A DNA stretch of 64,000 nucleotides from NCBI GenBank assembly GCA_965198225.1, contig CBDAOY010000007.1, forward strand, positions 288,001 through 352,000. Direction: 5' to 3'. This DNA comes from Terriglobia bacterium. Lineage in GTDB: Bacteria; Acidobacteriota; Terriglobia; 20CM-2-55-15. Positions 1-9,904 of the stretch are shown piece by piece; within the stretch, counting starts at the first letter, position 1; each line of letters begins with the position of its first letter. The translations under genes and the position numbers were made by a program. The notes under the pieces were generated by a model, which worked only from the letters and a program-made list of their open reading frames with translations, was not told where the DNA came from and did not search any database.

Positions 1-353
1 GGGGTGTCGCTGTCCACCCACGTGACGATCGTTTCGATCTCTTGATCCGTCAGACCCCGATCGTTCTTGAACTCCTGGATTCCCACGGTCCGATCGATGT
101 GCCAGGGAGGCATGATGCGATCCGCGACCTTTGATCGGACCCGATCGGCGTACTGGCGGACGTCCTCGAACTTCATCAACGACATAGGTGCGATCGAGCC
201 CGGCTGATGACAGATCTGGCACTTCTGCTGGACAATGGGTGCGACGTCGCGCGCGTAGGTCACATCGTCCGGGACCTGGGCGGACACCCCCGTCACACTC
301 AGCGTGAGTGTGGCAGCAAGTGCCAGCACTCTTCCCGCCGTTTTTCTGATCAT
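1..353 (-). CDS. Secreted c-type cytochrome domain protein, partial (runs off window start)
   Basis: Not in ORF track. Translated by hand from ATG at 353: MIRKTAGRVLALAATLTLSVTGVSAQVPDDVTYARDVAPIVQQKCQICHQPGSIAPMSL...MPPWHID. Signal peptide, CxxCH motif, GAGGGAG RBS. Confidence 0.8.
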   Translation of the reverse strand, partial: MIRKTAGRVLALAATLTLSVTGVSAQVPDDVTYARDVAPIVQQKCQICHQPGSIAPMSLMKFEDVRQYADRVRSKVADRIMPPWHIDRTVGIQEFKNDRGLTDQEIETIVTWVDSDT

Positions 354-369
354 GGCTGTCTCCCTCTTA

Positions 370-1227
370 TTAAGGGCTGATCGTGACCTTCACGAACCCG
401 TTGGTCCAACAGCATTGGGAGTGGCCCGCTCCCGTTACGCCCGAAACGTCGTTGGCTCGCACCCGCAAAGTATATTTTCCCGGCTCGCCGAACGTGGCTT
501 CCGTGGCCATCATTCCGCCCGCCACGGGAACTTCGCCGGATTCTTCCGCGAACGTGACCTCGCCCGGCCCGCTGTGTTTGAACCAGGTCAGCGTGACCGG
601 GGCATCGGAGCTGCCGGGCCTGCGGACACTGCCGGATCTCCGACCATCATCCTTCGCCCAGACGCTTACCTTGACCGCCGTTCCGACGCGTCCGGAGAGT
701 ACAGGGCCCATCAATCCGGCCGGCCCCGCCCCTTCTGGACCCGACTGGGAAAACGCGAGGACGGGCGGTTTGTTGCCGAACGTGGCTTCTCCTACGAGCG
801 CATCGATCTGCCAGTCTGTCTTGAGCGCACCCGGTATCGAGTTCGTTTCCCCTCGGATTCTCAGGGTCCACACGACCTTCCCGCTGCCGAAGTCCGCGGG
901 CACCTTCACTCCGAACACGCCCCAGTGACGCCTCGAGTTGAATTGCGTCGGTTGGCCGCCGTTGAACTCTGCGGGTTCGATGTAGTTGTCTTCGCCAACC
1001 GGTATATCGAGGGTTTCTTCCAGATTCCGATTGTGGTACCCGAATGACAGTGTGAAGGTGCCGTCGGGGTTCTCGTACCAACCCTCGTAAACGGGAGTCA
1101 CGGTCAGGCCGCGTGCACTCGTGATACCGAGGGGCACCTGAGCCGTGGCGGGCACCCATGCCGTCCAGCCGACGACCAGCGCTACGGCGCTCAGCACTAG
1201 GCAACGAGTTGTCTTCGGAATCCTCAT
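370..1227 (-). CDS. Conserved secreted hypothetical protein
   Basis: Signal peptide from MRIPK; PVYEGWYENPDGTFTLSFGY and C-terminal QCCWTN motifs; co-oriented with the cytochrome gene. Confidence 0.7.
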   Translation of the reverse strand: MRIPKTTRCLVLSAVALVVGWTAWVPATAQVPLGITSARGLTVTPVYEGWYENPDGTFTLSFGYHNRNLEETLDIPVGEDNYIEPAEFNGGQPTQFNSRRHWGVFGVKVPADFGSGKVVWTLRIRGETNSIPGALKTDWQIDALVGEATFGNKPPVLAFSQSGPEGAGPAGLMGPVLSGRVGTAVKVSVWAKDDGRRSGSVRRPGSSDAPVTLTWFKHSGPGEVTFAEESGEVPVAGGMMATEATFGEPGKYTLRVRANDVSGVTGAGHSQCCWTNGFVKVTISP

Positions 1228-1530
1228 AGTCACCGTTGTAGAAGGACTCGCACGCATCCGATAGTCGCTCTATCGGATATACCGGGAGAACCGGGGCGTG
1301 TCAAGAAGTACGCGGATCAAGAGCAACGTGTGGCTCTCCTTAGAGCCACCTGGATCAGGGGTTCGTTTTCGTTGACATCGAGCGGGTCGGTTCATACGCT
1401 GGCCCAAAGCAAGACAGCCCTACATTTCAGATAAGGATGACGACGACCTCCTGGTCCCTGCGCTTTCGTGTGTCCTGAACAGACGGACCGGCAGTGCGTG
1501 ACCTAATCGGTAGCCGGTGGGAGCGACCTT

Positions 1531-2148
1531 ATGGAACCGAATATTGCTGATCGTGAATACAGAAAGCCGGAAGTCGTGTTTTCGGATGCCCGGCACCCAA
1601 GCAAAGAACAAGTGGCCCCGAAGATTCACAAGGAATGGTCACTGGTATACCTGGGCACCGTGGGTGCTCTGGCGGGTTTCCTGGGAAGCGTGACCAGCTT
1701 TGTGGCGAATGTCCTGGGCGCTTGGGCCCTCGACGTCGAGAGGCTCATGTTGTTGCGGGTTTACGCGACGATCTTCGAAGGGCCCGACGCACTGCTGCTT
1801 GAAGACACGCCGTTTGTTGCCGAAGTCCTGCTGGTCCACATCGTCGTTGGCGCGTTGTTCGGAGTCGTGTTCGTAGCGCTTACATCCCAATTTCCACAGA
1901 TCCGGCAGCCCGTGCACTACGCGGCGGCGGGTCTCGGTTTCGGTTTGCTGTTGTGGATTGGCAACTTCTACTTAGTCCTCAGTTGGCTTCAACCATTGAT
2001 CAGTGGGGAAGCGTATATCGTTGAGAACATCCCGTGGTGGGTGGCTGCCCTGACACACATCTGTTACGGTCTGACACTCGCAGCAGTCGCCTTTCCATTC
2101 CGATCGGACGTGGAAGCTCATACTCAGCAGCCAGTGGCAGAAGTCTGA
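1531..2148 (+). CDS. Integral membrane hypothetical protein (~4 TM)
   Basis: Four hydrophobic segments, two containing His; the last codons are supplied by the adjacent MITE end. Confidence 0.65.
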   Translation: MEPNIADREYRKPEVVFSDARHPSKEQVAPKIHKEWSLVYLGTVGALAGFLGSVTSFVANVLGAWALDVERLMLLRVYATIFEGPDALLLEDTPFVAEVLLVHIVVGALFGVVFVALTSQFPQIRQPVHYAAAGLGFGLLLWIGNFYLVLSWLQPLISGEAYIVENIPWWVAALTHICYGLTLAAVAFPFRSDVEAHTQQPVAEV

Positions 2149-2399
2149 TGGTTCGCGCGCATGGGTCTTGCGGGGCGGAGACGAGGCGCGAGGAGGAACT
2201 GATGCTGTTTCATCATGACGACGAGCAACAAAGTATCCGACCGCAATCCCCGTGCGCCCGGAGGGTTACGGCGGCGTCACACCATCTGCGTTGTTCCCGC
2301 GACTCAACGATGTACCCGCATCGCCGTCGGCGCGGCGCCTAGCATCTGGCGCAACGCCGCCGTAACGCGAGCCATCAGACTTCTGCCACGGGCTGCTAG
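2125..2399. mobile_element. MITE-like element with ~33-bp terminal inverted repeats and structured core
   Basis: CAGCAGCCAGTGGCAGAAGTCTGATGGTTCGCG (2125-2157) is an imperfect inverted repeat of CGCGAGCCATCAGACTTCTGCCACGGGCTGCTAG (2366-2399); core resembles 45118-45392. Confidence 0.7.
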
Positions 2400-2548
2400 G
2401 CCAGCCCGACCAGTACGACACCGACGAACTCCGCTACATTTTAGGGATCGGTTCTTTTTTCGGAGGGTCCTTCAAGAATGCAAAGAATTGAATTCAAGCC
2501 TGGCACGATGATCGTCTGCTTTGTCCTGTTCCTGGCTCTGTCCGGTAA

Positions 2549-3568
2549 CAGGACTCGATCTTTCGCATCGCGTCACAGTCGAAGGCGCTGGTAAGTGTCG
2601 CGACGATGATTCTTCAGGAAGAGGGCCGCCTCCTGATCACCGATTTCGTTGGCAAGTATCTTCCGGAGTTCCGGGAGACGAGGGTGGCCGTGTCGCGGGG
2701 TGACGGCCAATATGAAATCGTCGACGCGAACCGCCCGATTGCTGTCCGTGACCTCCTCACACATACCGCGGGGATCGGTTACGGCAGTGGCCCGGCGGGC
2801 GACCTCTGGGCAAAGGCGGGAATCCAGGGGTGGTATTTTGCCGACCGGGACGAGCCCATCGCTGCCACCGTCCGTCGGATCGCGGCGCTTCCGTTCGATG
2901 CCCAACCCGGCGAAGAATTCGTCTACGGGTACTCTACCGACATACTGGGGGCTGTGGTCGAGCGAGTCGCCGGCGTGCCCCTCGACGAGTACCTGCGGTC
3001 ACGCATACTGGAACCGCTGGGTATGGACGACACGCACTTCTACTTGCCGAGCGCAAAGCGGGGTCGTCTGGCCGCGGTGTATTCAGCTAGAGAGGATGGC
3101 GGTATCGAACGGGCTCCAGACCCGGGTCACATGGTGGGTCAGGGCGCCTACGTCGATGGGCCCCGGAAGAGCTTCTCAGGCGGAGCCGGACTCCTGTCGA
3201 CCGCAAGCGACTACGCTCGGTTCCTCCAGATGCTTCTGAACGGGGGAGAGCTCGACGGAGAACGAGTGCTCACTCCTAAGACGTTGGAACTGATGACGTC
3301 GGATCACCTCCGGGGAAAGCCGTTCCGCAACGGCCAGGGTTTCGGTCTCGGCTTCTCCGTGGTGAAGGATCTGGGAGCCCGCGGATGGCCGGGTTCTGTG
3401 GGCGAGTTCGGCTGGGGAGGCGCCTACCACTCGACATACTGGGTCGACCCTGAGGAGCAGTTGGTCGTCGTCTATTTCACGCAACTCATCCCCGCCCGCG
3501 GGCTCGACGACCAGGGCAAGCTGCGTGCCCTCGTCTATCAGTCCATCGTCGATGGTGGTGGGCGTTAG
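2549..3568 (+). pseudogene. Beta-lactamase-family serine hydrolase, 5'-truncated
   Basis: [12 protein letters not shown] (SxxK) lies between an in-frame TAA (2546-2548) and the first ATG (2606); LLTHTAG, YGYSTD and FGWGG motifs follow. Confidence 0.75.
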
Positions 3569-3654
3569 CCCGAGCTTCTCATAATCAGGGGACGGAGACC
3601 GAATTCGGGTGAGGATTGAGATCGGGGACGGAGACCGAATTATTGGGAACCTAA

Positions 3655-5668
3655 CCCGACTTCCGCGGTTCGGCACGATTTTCATCTAATTTGGCCCATT
3701 TGGAGCACGAATCGCGTTTGTTTTCTGTGCCTTGACCTCCTGGGTGGGCGTGTAGTGCCGACCTACCCCCTTGATTAGTTTTTCGGATATGCCGACGATG
3801 CGTGCATGTTCGTGCGCTGCAAGAAGCGATTCAAGGACGGCAAGGAGCACCGCTACTGGAGTGTCGTCGAGAGCACCCGGGTCGGTGGCGGCCGTGTGGT
3901 CCAGCGCCAGCTTCTCTATCTCGGCGAGATCAACGACAGCCAGCGCGCCGAGTGGTGCCGCTCGATCGAGGTTCTCAGCGGCGGCGCGGCGCTGCAGCAG
4001 ATGGCGCTGTTTCCCGAGGACCGGCCCGCGCCGGTGTTGGATTGCGATGTCGTGCAGATCCAGCTCGACAAACTGGAACTGCGCGATCCGCGCCAGTGGG
4101 GCGCCTGCTGGCTGGCGCTGGCGTTGTGGGACCGTCTCGGGCTGGACCGTTTCTGGGGCCCGCGGCTGCCGCCCAGCCGCAAGGGCACCCGATGGCTCGA
4201 TATCCTCAAGGTGCAGGTCTGTTATCACCTGATCGATCCCGGCAGCGACTGGCGGCTGCACCGGCACTGGTATGAACACAGCGCGCTACGTGACCTGCTG
4301 GGCAGTGACCGCGTGATCTCCGACGACAAGCTCTACCGCTGTCTCGACCGGTTGCTCGACCACAAGCGCGAGTTCTTCTCGTTCCTCAAGGCGCGCTGGA
4401 GCACCCTGTTTGAGGCCCGGTTCGATGTTCTGCTCTACGATCTGACCAGCACCTATTTCGAGTCGGACCCGCCCTTGGCGGGCAAACGCCAGTTCGGCTA
4501 CAGCCGCGACAAGCGTCCCGACTGCGTCCAGGTGGTGATCGCGCTGATCATCACGCCCGACGGTTTCCCGCTGGCCTATGAGGTGATGCCGGGCAACACG
4601 GCCGACAACACCACGCTGGCCGCCTTCATCGACCGCATTGAGGCGCAATACGGTCGTTCCGACCGCATCTGGATCATGGATCGCGGCATTCCCACCGAGG
4701 AGACCCTGGCCGAGATGCGCGCCAGTGCCTCGGGCCTGCGCTATCTGGTTGGCACACCCAAAGGTCGGCTGACCCGTCTGGAGTCGTCCTTCCTCGATCT
4801 GCCCTGGCAGCAGGTTCGCCAGTCCGTTGACGTCAAGCTGCTGTCACGAGACGGCGAACTCTATGTGCTGGTCCGTAGCGAAAAACGGATCTCGAAGGAA
4901 CGCAGCATGCGGCGGCGACGGCTGAAGAAGCTGTGGAAACGCCTGCATGACCTGCAGCGACAATCCCTCAGCCGGGATGCGTTGCTGATCAAGCTGGGCG
5001 CCGCAAAGAAGGAGGCCGGACGCGCCTGGTATCTGGTCCGTATCGAGGTCCCAGAAAGCAATGGGGCACTGGCCCACAACGGCTTTGCCTTCACGCTCCG
5101 GCGCGACAAGCTCCGGGCCGCCTACCGGCGCGAAGGCCGCTACCTGCTGCGCTCCAACATGACCAGCGGTGACCCGGCACAGTTGTGGAGCCACTACATG
5201 CGATTGACCGAAATCGAGCAGGCGTTCAAGGAACTCAAGCACGACCTCGCGATCCGGCCGATCTTCCATCAGCACGACCACCGCATCGAAGCCCATATCT
5301 TCCTTGCCTTCATCGCCTGGTGCCTGCAGGTCACCCTGAAATCCCTCATCCGCCCCCACGCCCCGGGGCTGACACCCCGCGCAATCCTCGACACATTCTC
5401 GACCATACAGATGGTCGATGTTCATGTGCCGACCACCGACGGACGCCACCTCGTCCTGCCGCGCTACACCCAACCCAACAGGGACCATCTCTTGCTGCTG
5501 CATCATCTCGCCATGACGTTGCCGCAACAGCCGACACCGCGCATCGCCATCTGAGCGCCATGCCACGGCCCCGATCGCCGACAGCCTTGTAGTGCCGACC
5601 TTCGGGACCTCGATCTAATTAACTCAACAACTTAGGTCTACCAAACCTGCCGAACCGCGGAAGTCGGG
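3655..5668 (+). mobile_element. IS1634-family insertion sequence
   Basis: TIR CCCGACTTCCGCGGTTCGGCA / TGCCGAACCGCGGAAGTCGGG; CTAA on both flanks; sub-terminal repeat TGTAGTGCCGACCT at ~3751 and ~5588. Confidence 0.9.
3806..5554 (+). CDS. IS1634-family DDE transposase
   Basis: YDLTSTYFE, GYSRDKRPD, IMDRG and IEQAFKELK motifs; 582 aa, intact. Confidence 0.92.
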   Translation: MFVRCKKRFKDGKEHRYWSVVESTRVGGGRVVQRQLLYLGEINDSQRAEWCRSIEVLSGGAALQQMALFPEDRPAPVLDCDVVQIQLDKLELRDPRQWGACWLALALWDRLGLDRFWGPRLPPSRKGTRWLDILKVQVCYHLIDPGSDWRLHRHWYEHSALRDLLGSDRVISDDKLYRCLDRLLDHKREFFSFLKARWSTLFEARFDVLLYDLTSTYFESDPPLAGKRQFGYSRDKRPDCVQVVIALIITPDGFPLAYEVMPGNTADNTTLAAFIDRIEAQYGRSDRIWIMDRGIPTEETLAEMRASASGLRYLVGTPKGRLTRLESSFLDLPWQQVRQSVDVKLLSRDGELYVLVRSEKRISKERSMRRRRLKKLWKRLHDLQRQSLSRDALLIKLGAAKKEAGRAWYLVRIEVPESNGALAHNGFAFTLRRDKLRAAYRREGRYLLRSNMTSGDPAQLWSHYMRLTEIEQAFKELKHDLAIRPIFHQHDHRIEAHIFLAFIAWCLQVTLKSLIRPHAPGLTPRAILDTFSTIQMVDVHVPTTDGRHLVLPRYTQPNRDHLLLLHHLAMTLPQQPTPRIAI

Positions 5669-5816
5669 CTAAGGCCATGGTTTTCTGGTCCTGGCAATTC
5701 GGTCTCCGTCCCCGATCTCCTCGGTTTAGCGAATTCGGTCTCCGTCCCCGAATTCAACGCCGCGTCAGACGCGTCGCCGCGGTCGCTCTATTCGCGCGCG
5801 TTGACACCTTAAGAGT

Positions 5817-5845
5817 TTGACGTTTCGACGGGCTACTCCTATAAT
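5817..5845 (+). promoter_or_regulatory. Sigma70-type promoter of the DUF1592 operon
   Basis: TTGACG-N17-TATAAT, about 200 bp upstream of 6043. Confidence 0.7.
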
Positions 5846-6042
5846 CCGTGTCATAGCTAAAGGCCGTATTTTCTAGGGCCTATGTGTGTTAGTGGTCTAT
5901 ATCTTTCAGGGTAGGGTGTATTTACCCGGTCCGATCGGGATTTTACTGCCGATTGGACAATGAGAGTTTGGTCGAAACGCTCCAGGCCGCGGCCGACGTT
6001 CGGTTGTGATCCAGTCTTGAGTTTCTGTAGTAGGAGAGTCCG

Positions 6043-8412
6043 ATGAAAGGCGTGCTGGTTTCCTGTTTCCTTATCCTGTCTGCGGGGATGGCCTTCGCCC
6101 AGAGCGACGACATGCCGGTTGAGCAGCAGCGTGCGCTGGTCAACGAATTCTGTGCGGGGTGCCATAACGATGCCGTCATGTCGGGAGACTTTTCCTGGAC
6201 TGAGGTGGACGTGGAGCATCCGGAGCAGAACGCCCAGCAGGTCGAGCGGGTGATCCGCAAGGTGCGCTCCGGCATGATGCCGCCGGTAGGCGCTCCGCGG
6301 CCCGAAGCAGCCACGCTGAAGGCTTTTGCATCCGCGTTTGAAGGGCGAATCGATCAGGCGGCCGCGGAGCAACCGCACATCGGCGCGCCCGATCTACACC
6401 GGGTCAATCGAACCGAGTACCGCAACTCGGTCCGCGATCTGCTCGGCATCGAAGTGGACATCACCGAACTCCTGCCTCCTGACAGCAGGAGCGGTGCGTT
6501 CGACAACATGGCGGACGCTCTGACGGTGACGCCGGCCCTCATGCAGGCCTACGCCCGAGCGGCGGAGAAGATCAGCCGCGAAGCCGTGGGCGACGTGGAG
6601 GCGAGCCCCGGTATGTCCTCCTATGCCGTCCAACGGGTCGCCAACCAGATGCGCCATGTCGAGGGCACCCCCTTCGGCACGCGTGGCGGCCTCTCCCTAC
6701 TGCACACTTTCCCGACCGACGGTGAATACGAGTTCAAGGTGGATCTCCATCACTGGTTTACCGGCAATATCATAGGTTCCAGACTGGCCGATCCGCTCCG
6801 GGATCAGGAGATCGAGATCTCGATCGACGGGGAGCGCGCGCTTCTCATCGCGATCGATCCGAACATGTTGGAGGAGGACGGCCCGATCGTCTCCGAACCC
6901 ATCCAGGTCGAAGCCGGTCAGCACAGGGTCGCGGCGGCGTTCCTCACGAAGTTCGACGGACCGATCCAGGACCCGTATCGCCTGATCGAGCACACCCTGG
7001 CCAGCACCGACATCGCCAATCATCCCCAGATGACGGCGATGCCCCACCTCAAGACCCTTTCCATAACGGGTCCGTTCGAGGCCACCGGCATTTCTGAGAC
7101 GCCGACGCGCCGCCGGATTTTCACGTGCCGGCCGTCCGGTGTCGCGGACGAAGTGGCCTGCGCCAGGGAGATACTGTCGCAGCTCACCCGACAGGCGTTT
7201 CGCCGGCCAGTGGAGACGGTGGATGTGGACAGGCTGATGGTCGCCTATGAAGCCGGCCGTGAGGGAGGGGACTTCGAGACGGGTGTCCGCACGGCACTGC
7301 AGGCCATCCTTGCCGATCCCGAATTCGTCTTCCGGTTCGAGCGCATACCGTCGAACGTCGCCCCGGGTGAAAGCTTTCGCTTGAGCGACCTGGAGTTGGC
7401 GTCCCGGCTTTCTTATTTCCTCTGGAGCAGCGCCCCGGATGAGGAGTTGCTCACACTGGCCGGTAATGGCGAGCTCGAGGATCGTAATGTTCTCCGGGAG
7501 CAAGTCGAGCGGATGCTGGCGGACCCGCGTTCCGAGCCCCTTGCGACGAACTTTGCCCGCCAGTGGCTGCGCTTGACGGGCATCCAGGAAATGATTCCGG
7601 AACCGACGCTCTTCCCGGCGTACTCAACGAACGTCGGCTTATCGATGCGCCGTGAAGTGGAGTTGTTCTTCGACAGCGTCATGCGCGAAGACCGCAGCAT
7701 CATGGATCTGCTCAACGCAGACTACACGTTCGTCGATGAGGTGATGGCCCGGCACTACGGGCTCCCCTCCGAGTTGGGGGAACGGTTCCGGCGAGTGGAG
7801 TTGACGGACCCGAACCGGTTCGGCCTGATCGGGAAGGCAGGCATCCTGATGATGACGTCTCTGGCGAACCGCACCTCACCGGTAGCGCGCGGTAAGTATG
7901 TGCTGGAAGTATTGATCGGCTCACCGCCGCCGAACCCACCTGCGGCCGTACCGCCGTTCAAGGAAGCCGTCGAAAACGCAGTAACTCTGTCCGTGCGCGA
8001 GCGCATGGAAGAGCATCGCGAAAACCCAGCCTGCAACGCCTGCCACCAGATAATGGATCCGATCGGACTGGCACTCGAGAATTTCGATGCCATCGGGAAG
8101 TGGCGGATCAACGACAGTGGTGCCGGCATCGACGCCTCCGGCGTCATGTATGACGGAACGGAGCTGGATGGGCCGGTGGGCTTGCGTCAGGCGATCCTGG
8201 ACCGATCCGAGGCGTTCGTTGGCAGCTTTGCGGAAAACCTCCTGGCGTACGGTCTGGGCCGCGTGCTGGATCACCGCGACATGCCGATGGTTCGTTCTAT
8301 TGCGCGCTCGGCGGCGGAGGAGGGCAACCGCTTCTCGTCATTCGTCATGGGTATCGTCGAGAGCCGGCCGTTCCAGATGAGGGTTGCAAGAAGAGAGACG
8401 GAAGTTCAGTAA
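6043..8412 (+). CDS. DUF1592-family (planctomycete cytochrome c / PSD domain) secreted protein
   Basis: Signal peptide, CAGCH and CNACH heme motifs, HRVNRTEYRNSVRDLL, ELASRLSYFLWSS, RTSPVARG. Confidence 0.88.
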   Translation: MKGVLVSCFLILSAGMAFAQSDDMPVEQQRALVNEFCAGCHNDAVMSGDFSWTEVDVEHPEQNAQQVERVIRKVRSGMMPPVGAPRPEAATLKAFASAFEGRIDQAAAEQPHIGAPDLHRVNRTEYRNSVRDLLGIEVDITELLPPDSRSGAFDNMADALTVTPALMQAYARAAEKISREAVGDVEASPGMSSYAVQRVANQMRHVEGTPFGTRGGLSLLHTFPTDGEYEFKVDLHHWFTGNIIGSRLADPLRDQEIEISIDGERALLIAIDPNMLEEDGPIVSEPIQVEAGQHRVAAAFLTKFDGPIQDPYRLIEHTLASTDIANHPQMTAMPHLKTLSITGPFEATGISETPTRRRIFTCRPSGVADEVACAREILSQLTRQAFRRPVETVDVDRLMVAYEAGREGGDFETGVRTALQAILADPEFVFRFERIPSNVAPGESFRLSDLELASRLSYFLWSSAPDEELLTLAGNGELEDRNVLREQVERMLADPRSEPLATNFARQWLRLTGIQEMIPEPTLFPAYSTNVGLSMRREVELFFDSVMREDRSIMDLLNADYTFVDEVMARHYGLPSELGERFRRVELTDPNRFGLIGKAGILMMTSLANRTSPVARGKYVLEVLIGSPPPNPPAAVPPFKEAVENAVTLSVRERMEEHRENPACNACHQIMDPIGLALENFDAIGKWRINDSGAGIDASGVMYDGTELDGPVGLRQAILDRSEAFVGSFAENLLAYGLGRVLDHRDMPMVRSIARSAAEEGNRFSSFVMGIVESRPFQMRVARRETEVQ

Positions 8413-8511
8413 CCAGCGCAGCCGAGCGTCGGCTGCATGGCACAGTACTAATTTTGGTTCAGTGATCTTTTAGTTGAAGTCGCAATTTCCTGAGAAGGGG
8501 AGCTAAGAATC

Positions 8512-9882
8512 ATGTTCATCACGAAAAAGCACATTTCCCGGCGTACAGTTCTTCGGGGCATGGGAGCAGCTGTCGCGCTGCCGTTCCTGGAGTCGATGGC
8601 CCCGGCCGCGACTCCGACACGCCAGACGGCGGCTTCACCCAGGAGTCGTTTCCTCGGTATCGAAGTCGTTCACGGTTGCGCCGGCAGCACGGAATGGGGG
8701 ACCAACGAAGCGCTTCTGATCCCTAAGAAAGAGGGGCGCGATTTCGACTTTGGCATGATCATCAAGCCGTTGTCGTACTTCAAGGACTACCTCACCACCA
8801 TCAGCATGACCGATTGCGGTGCGGCCGACCCCTGGACGCCCGAAGAGGTGGGAGCCGACCATTTCCGGTCTGCCGCGGTGTTCCTGACGGCTGCGCATCC
8901 CAAACAGACGGTCGGTTCGGATGTCTACTGCGGAACATCGCTCGATCAGATGTACGCGCAGGAGTACGGACAGGACACGCCGGTGCCGTCGATCCAACTG
9001 ACCACCGAAAACGCGGATGCGGCCGGCAATTGCGGATGGATGTACAGCTGTTGGTACATGAACACGATAAGCTGGTCCTCGCCGACAACCCCATTGCCGA
9101 TGACCCTGAACCCGCGGCTGGCTTTCGAGCAACTGTTCGGGACCGGTGGCTCTGCCGAGGACCGCGCCACGCGCCGGCGGTTGAATCGGAGCATCCTGGA
9201 CGGTATTGGCGAAAAAGTCGCCTCGTTGCGGGGAGATCTGGATGGCCCGGACCGGAACAGGTTCGACTCTTATCTGGACAATGTCCGGGAAATCGAGCGG
9301 CGGATCGAGGGCATCGAGAAATACAACGCCGCCAATCCGGACAGGGAACTGCCATCGGCCCCGGTCGGCGTGCCTGACTCGTGGGATGACCACACCAGGC
9401 TCCAGTACGATCTTATCGCCCTAGGGTTTGCGTCCGAGACGACGCGTGTCGCGACGTTAAAGATAGGACGGGACACGTCCAACCGTGTCTTCCCAGAAAG
9501 CGGCAGCACGACGCCGTTCCACACCGCCTCACACCACCAGGATGTGCCATCGAAGATCATGGACCTGGCCAAGATCAACCGGTACCACATCAGCCTGCTG
9601 GCGTCCTTCCTGAACAAGCTGAAGAACACCGACGACGGCGACGGCAACCTGTTGGACAATTCCCTGGTGTTCTACGGAAGCGGCATGGGCAACTCCAATG
9701 TCCACGGGCACAAGCGCGTACCGGCGATTATCGCGGGCCACGCGGGCGGGAAGATCGCGGGGAACCTGCATGTTCGCGCCAAGGAGGACACGCCGCAGGC
9801 CAACATACTGCTGACCCTTGCGAACAAGATAGGCCTGAACCGCGAAACGGTGGGCGACAGTACCGACACGTTTGCGATCTGA
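8512..9882 (+). CDS. DUF1552-family protein
   Basis: Tat-like ISRRTVLRG, ALPFLESM and HTASHH (HxxSHH) motifs; usual position after a DUF1592 gene. Confidence 0.88.
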   Translation: MFITKKHISRRTVLRGMGAAVALPFLESMAPAATPTRQTAASPRSRFLGIEVVHGCAGSTEWGTNEALLIPKKEGRDFDFGMIIKPLSYFKDYLTTISMTDCGAADPWTPEEVGADHFRSAAVFLTAAHPKQTVGSDVYCGTSLDQMYAQEYGQDTPVPSIQLTTENADAAGNCGWMYSCWYMNTISWSSPTTPLPMTLNPRLAFEQLFGTGGSAEDRATRRRLNRSILDGIGEKVASLRGDLDGPDRNRFDSYLDNVREIERRIEGIEKYNAANPDRELPSAPVGVPDSWDDHTRLQYDLIALGFASETTRVATLKIGRDTSNRVFPESGSTTPFHTASHHQDVPSKIMDLAKINRYHISLLASFLNKLKNTDDGDGNLLDNSLVFYGSGMGNSNVHGHKRVPAIIAGHAGGKIAGNLHVRAKEDTPQANILLTLANKIGLNRETVGDSTDTFAI

Positions 9883-9904
9883 AAACTAAAGAGGGAGACT
9901 CGAG

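Larger units (their letters stand above)
3587..5750. repeat. GGGGACGGAGACCGAATT hairpin repeat cluster split by IS1634
   Basis: Two direct copies at ~3587 and ~3624; two inverted copies (AATTCGGTCTCCGTCCCC) at ~5696 and ~5732. Confidence 0.75.

Noticed and set aside
304-1047. Long antisense ORFs (also 12639-13955, 16408-17892, 34945-36009, 36065-37432)
   Set aside because: Shadow frames of well-supported opposite-strand genes in GC-rich DNA; no motifs.
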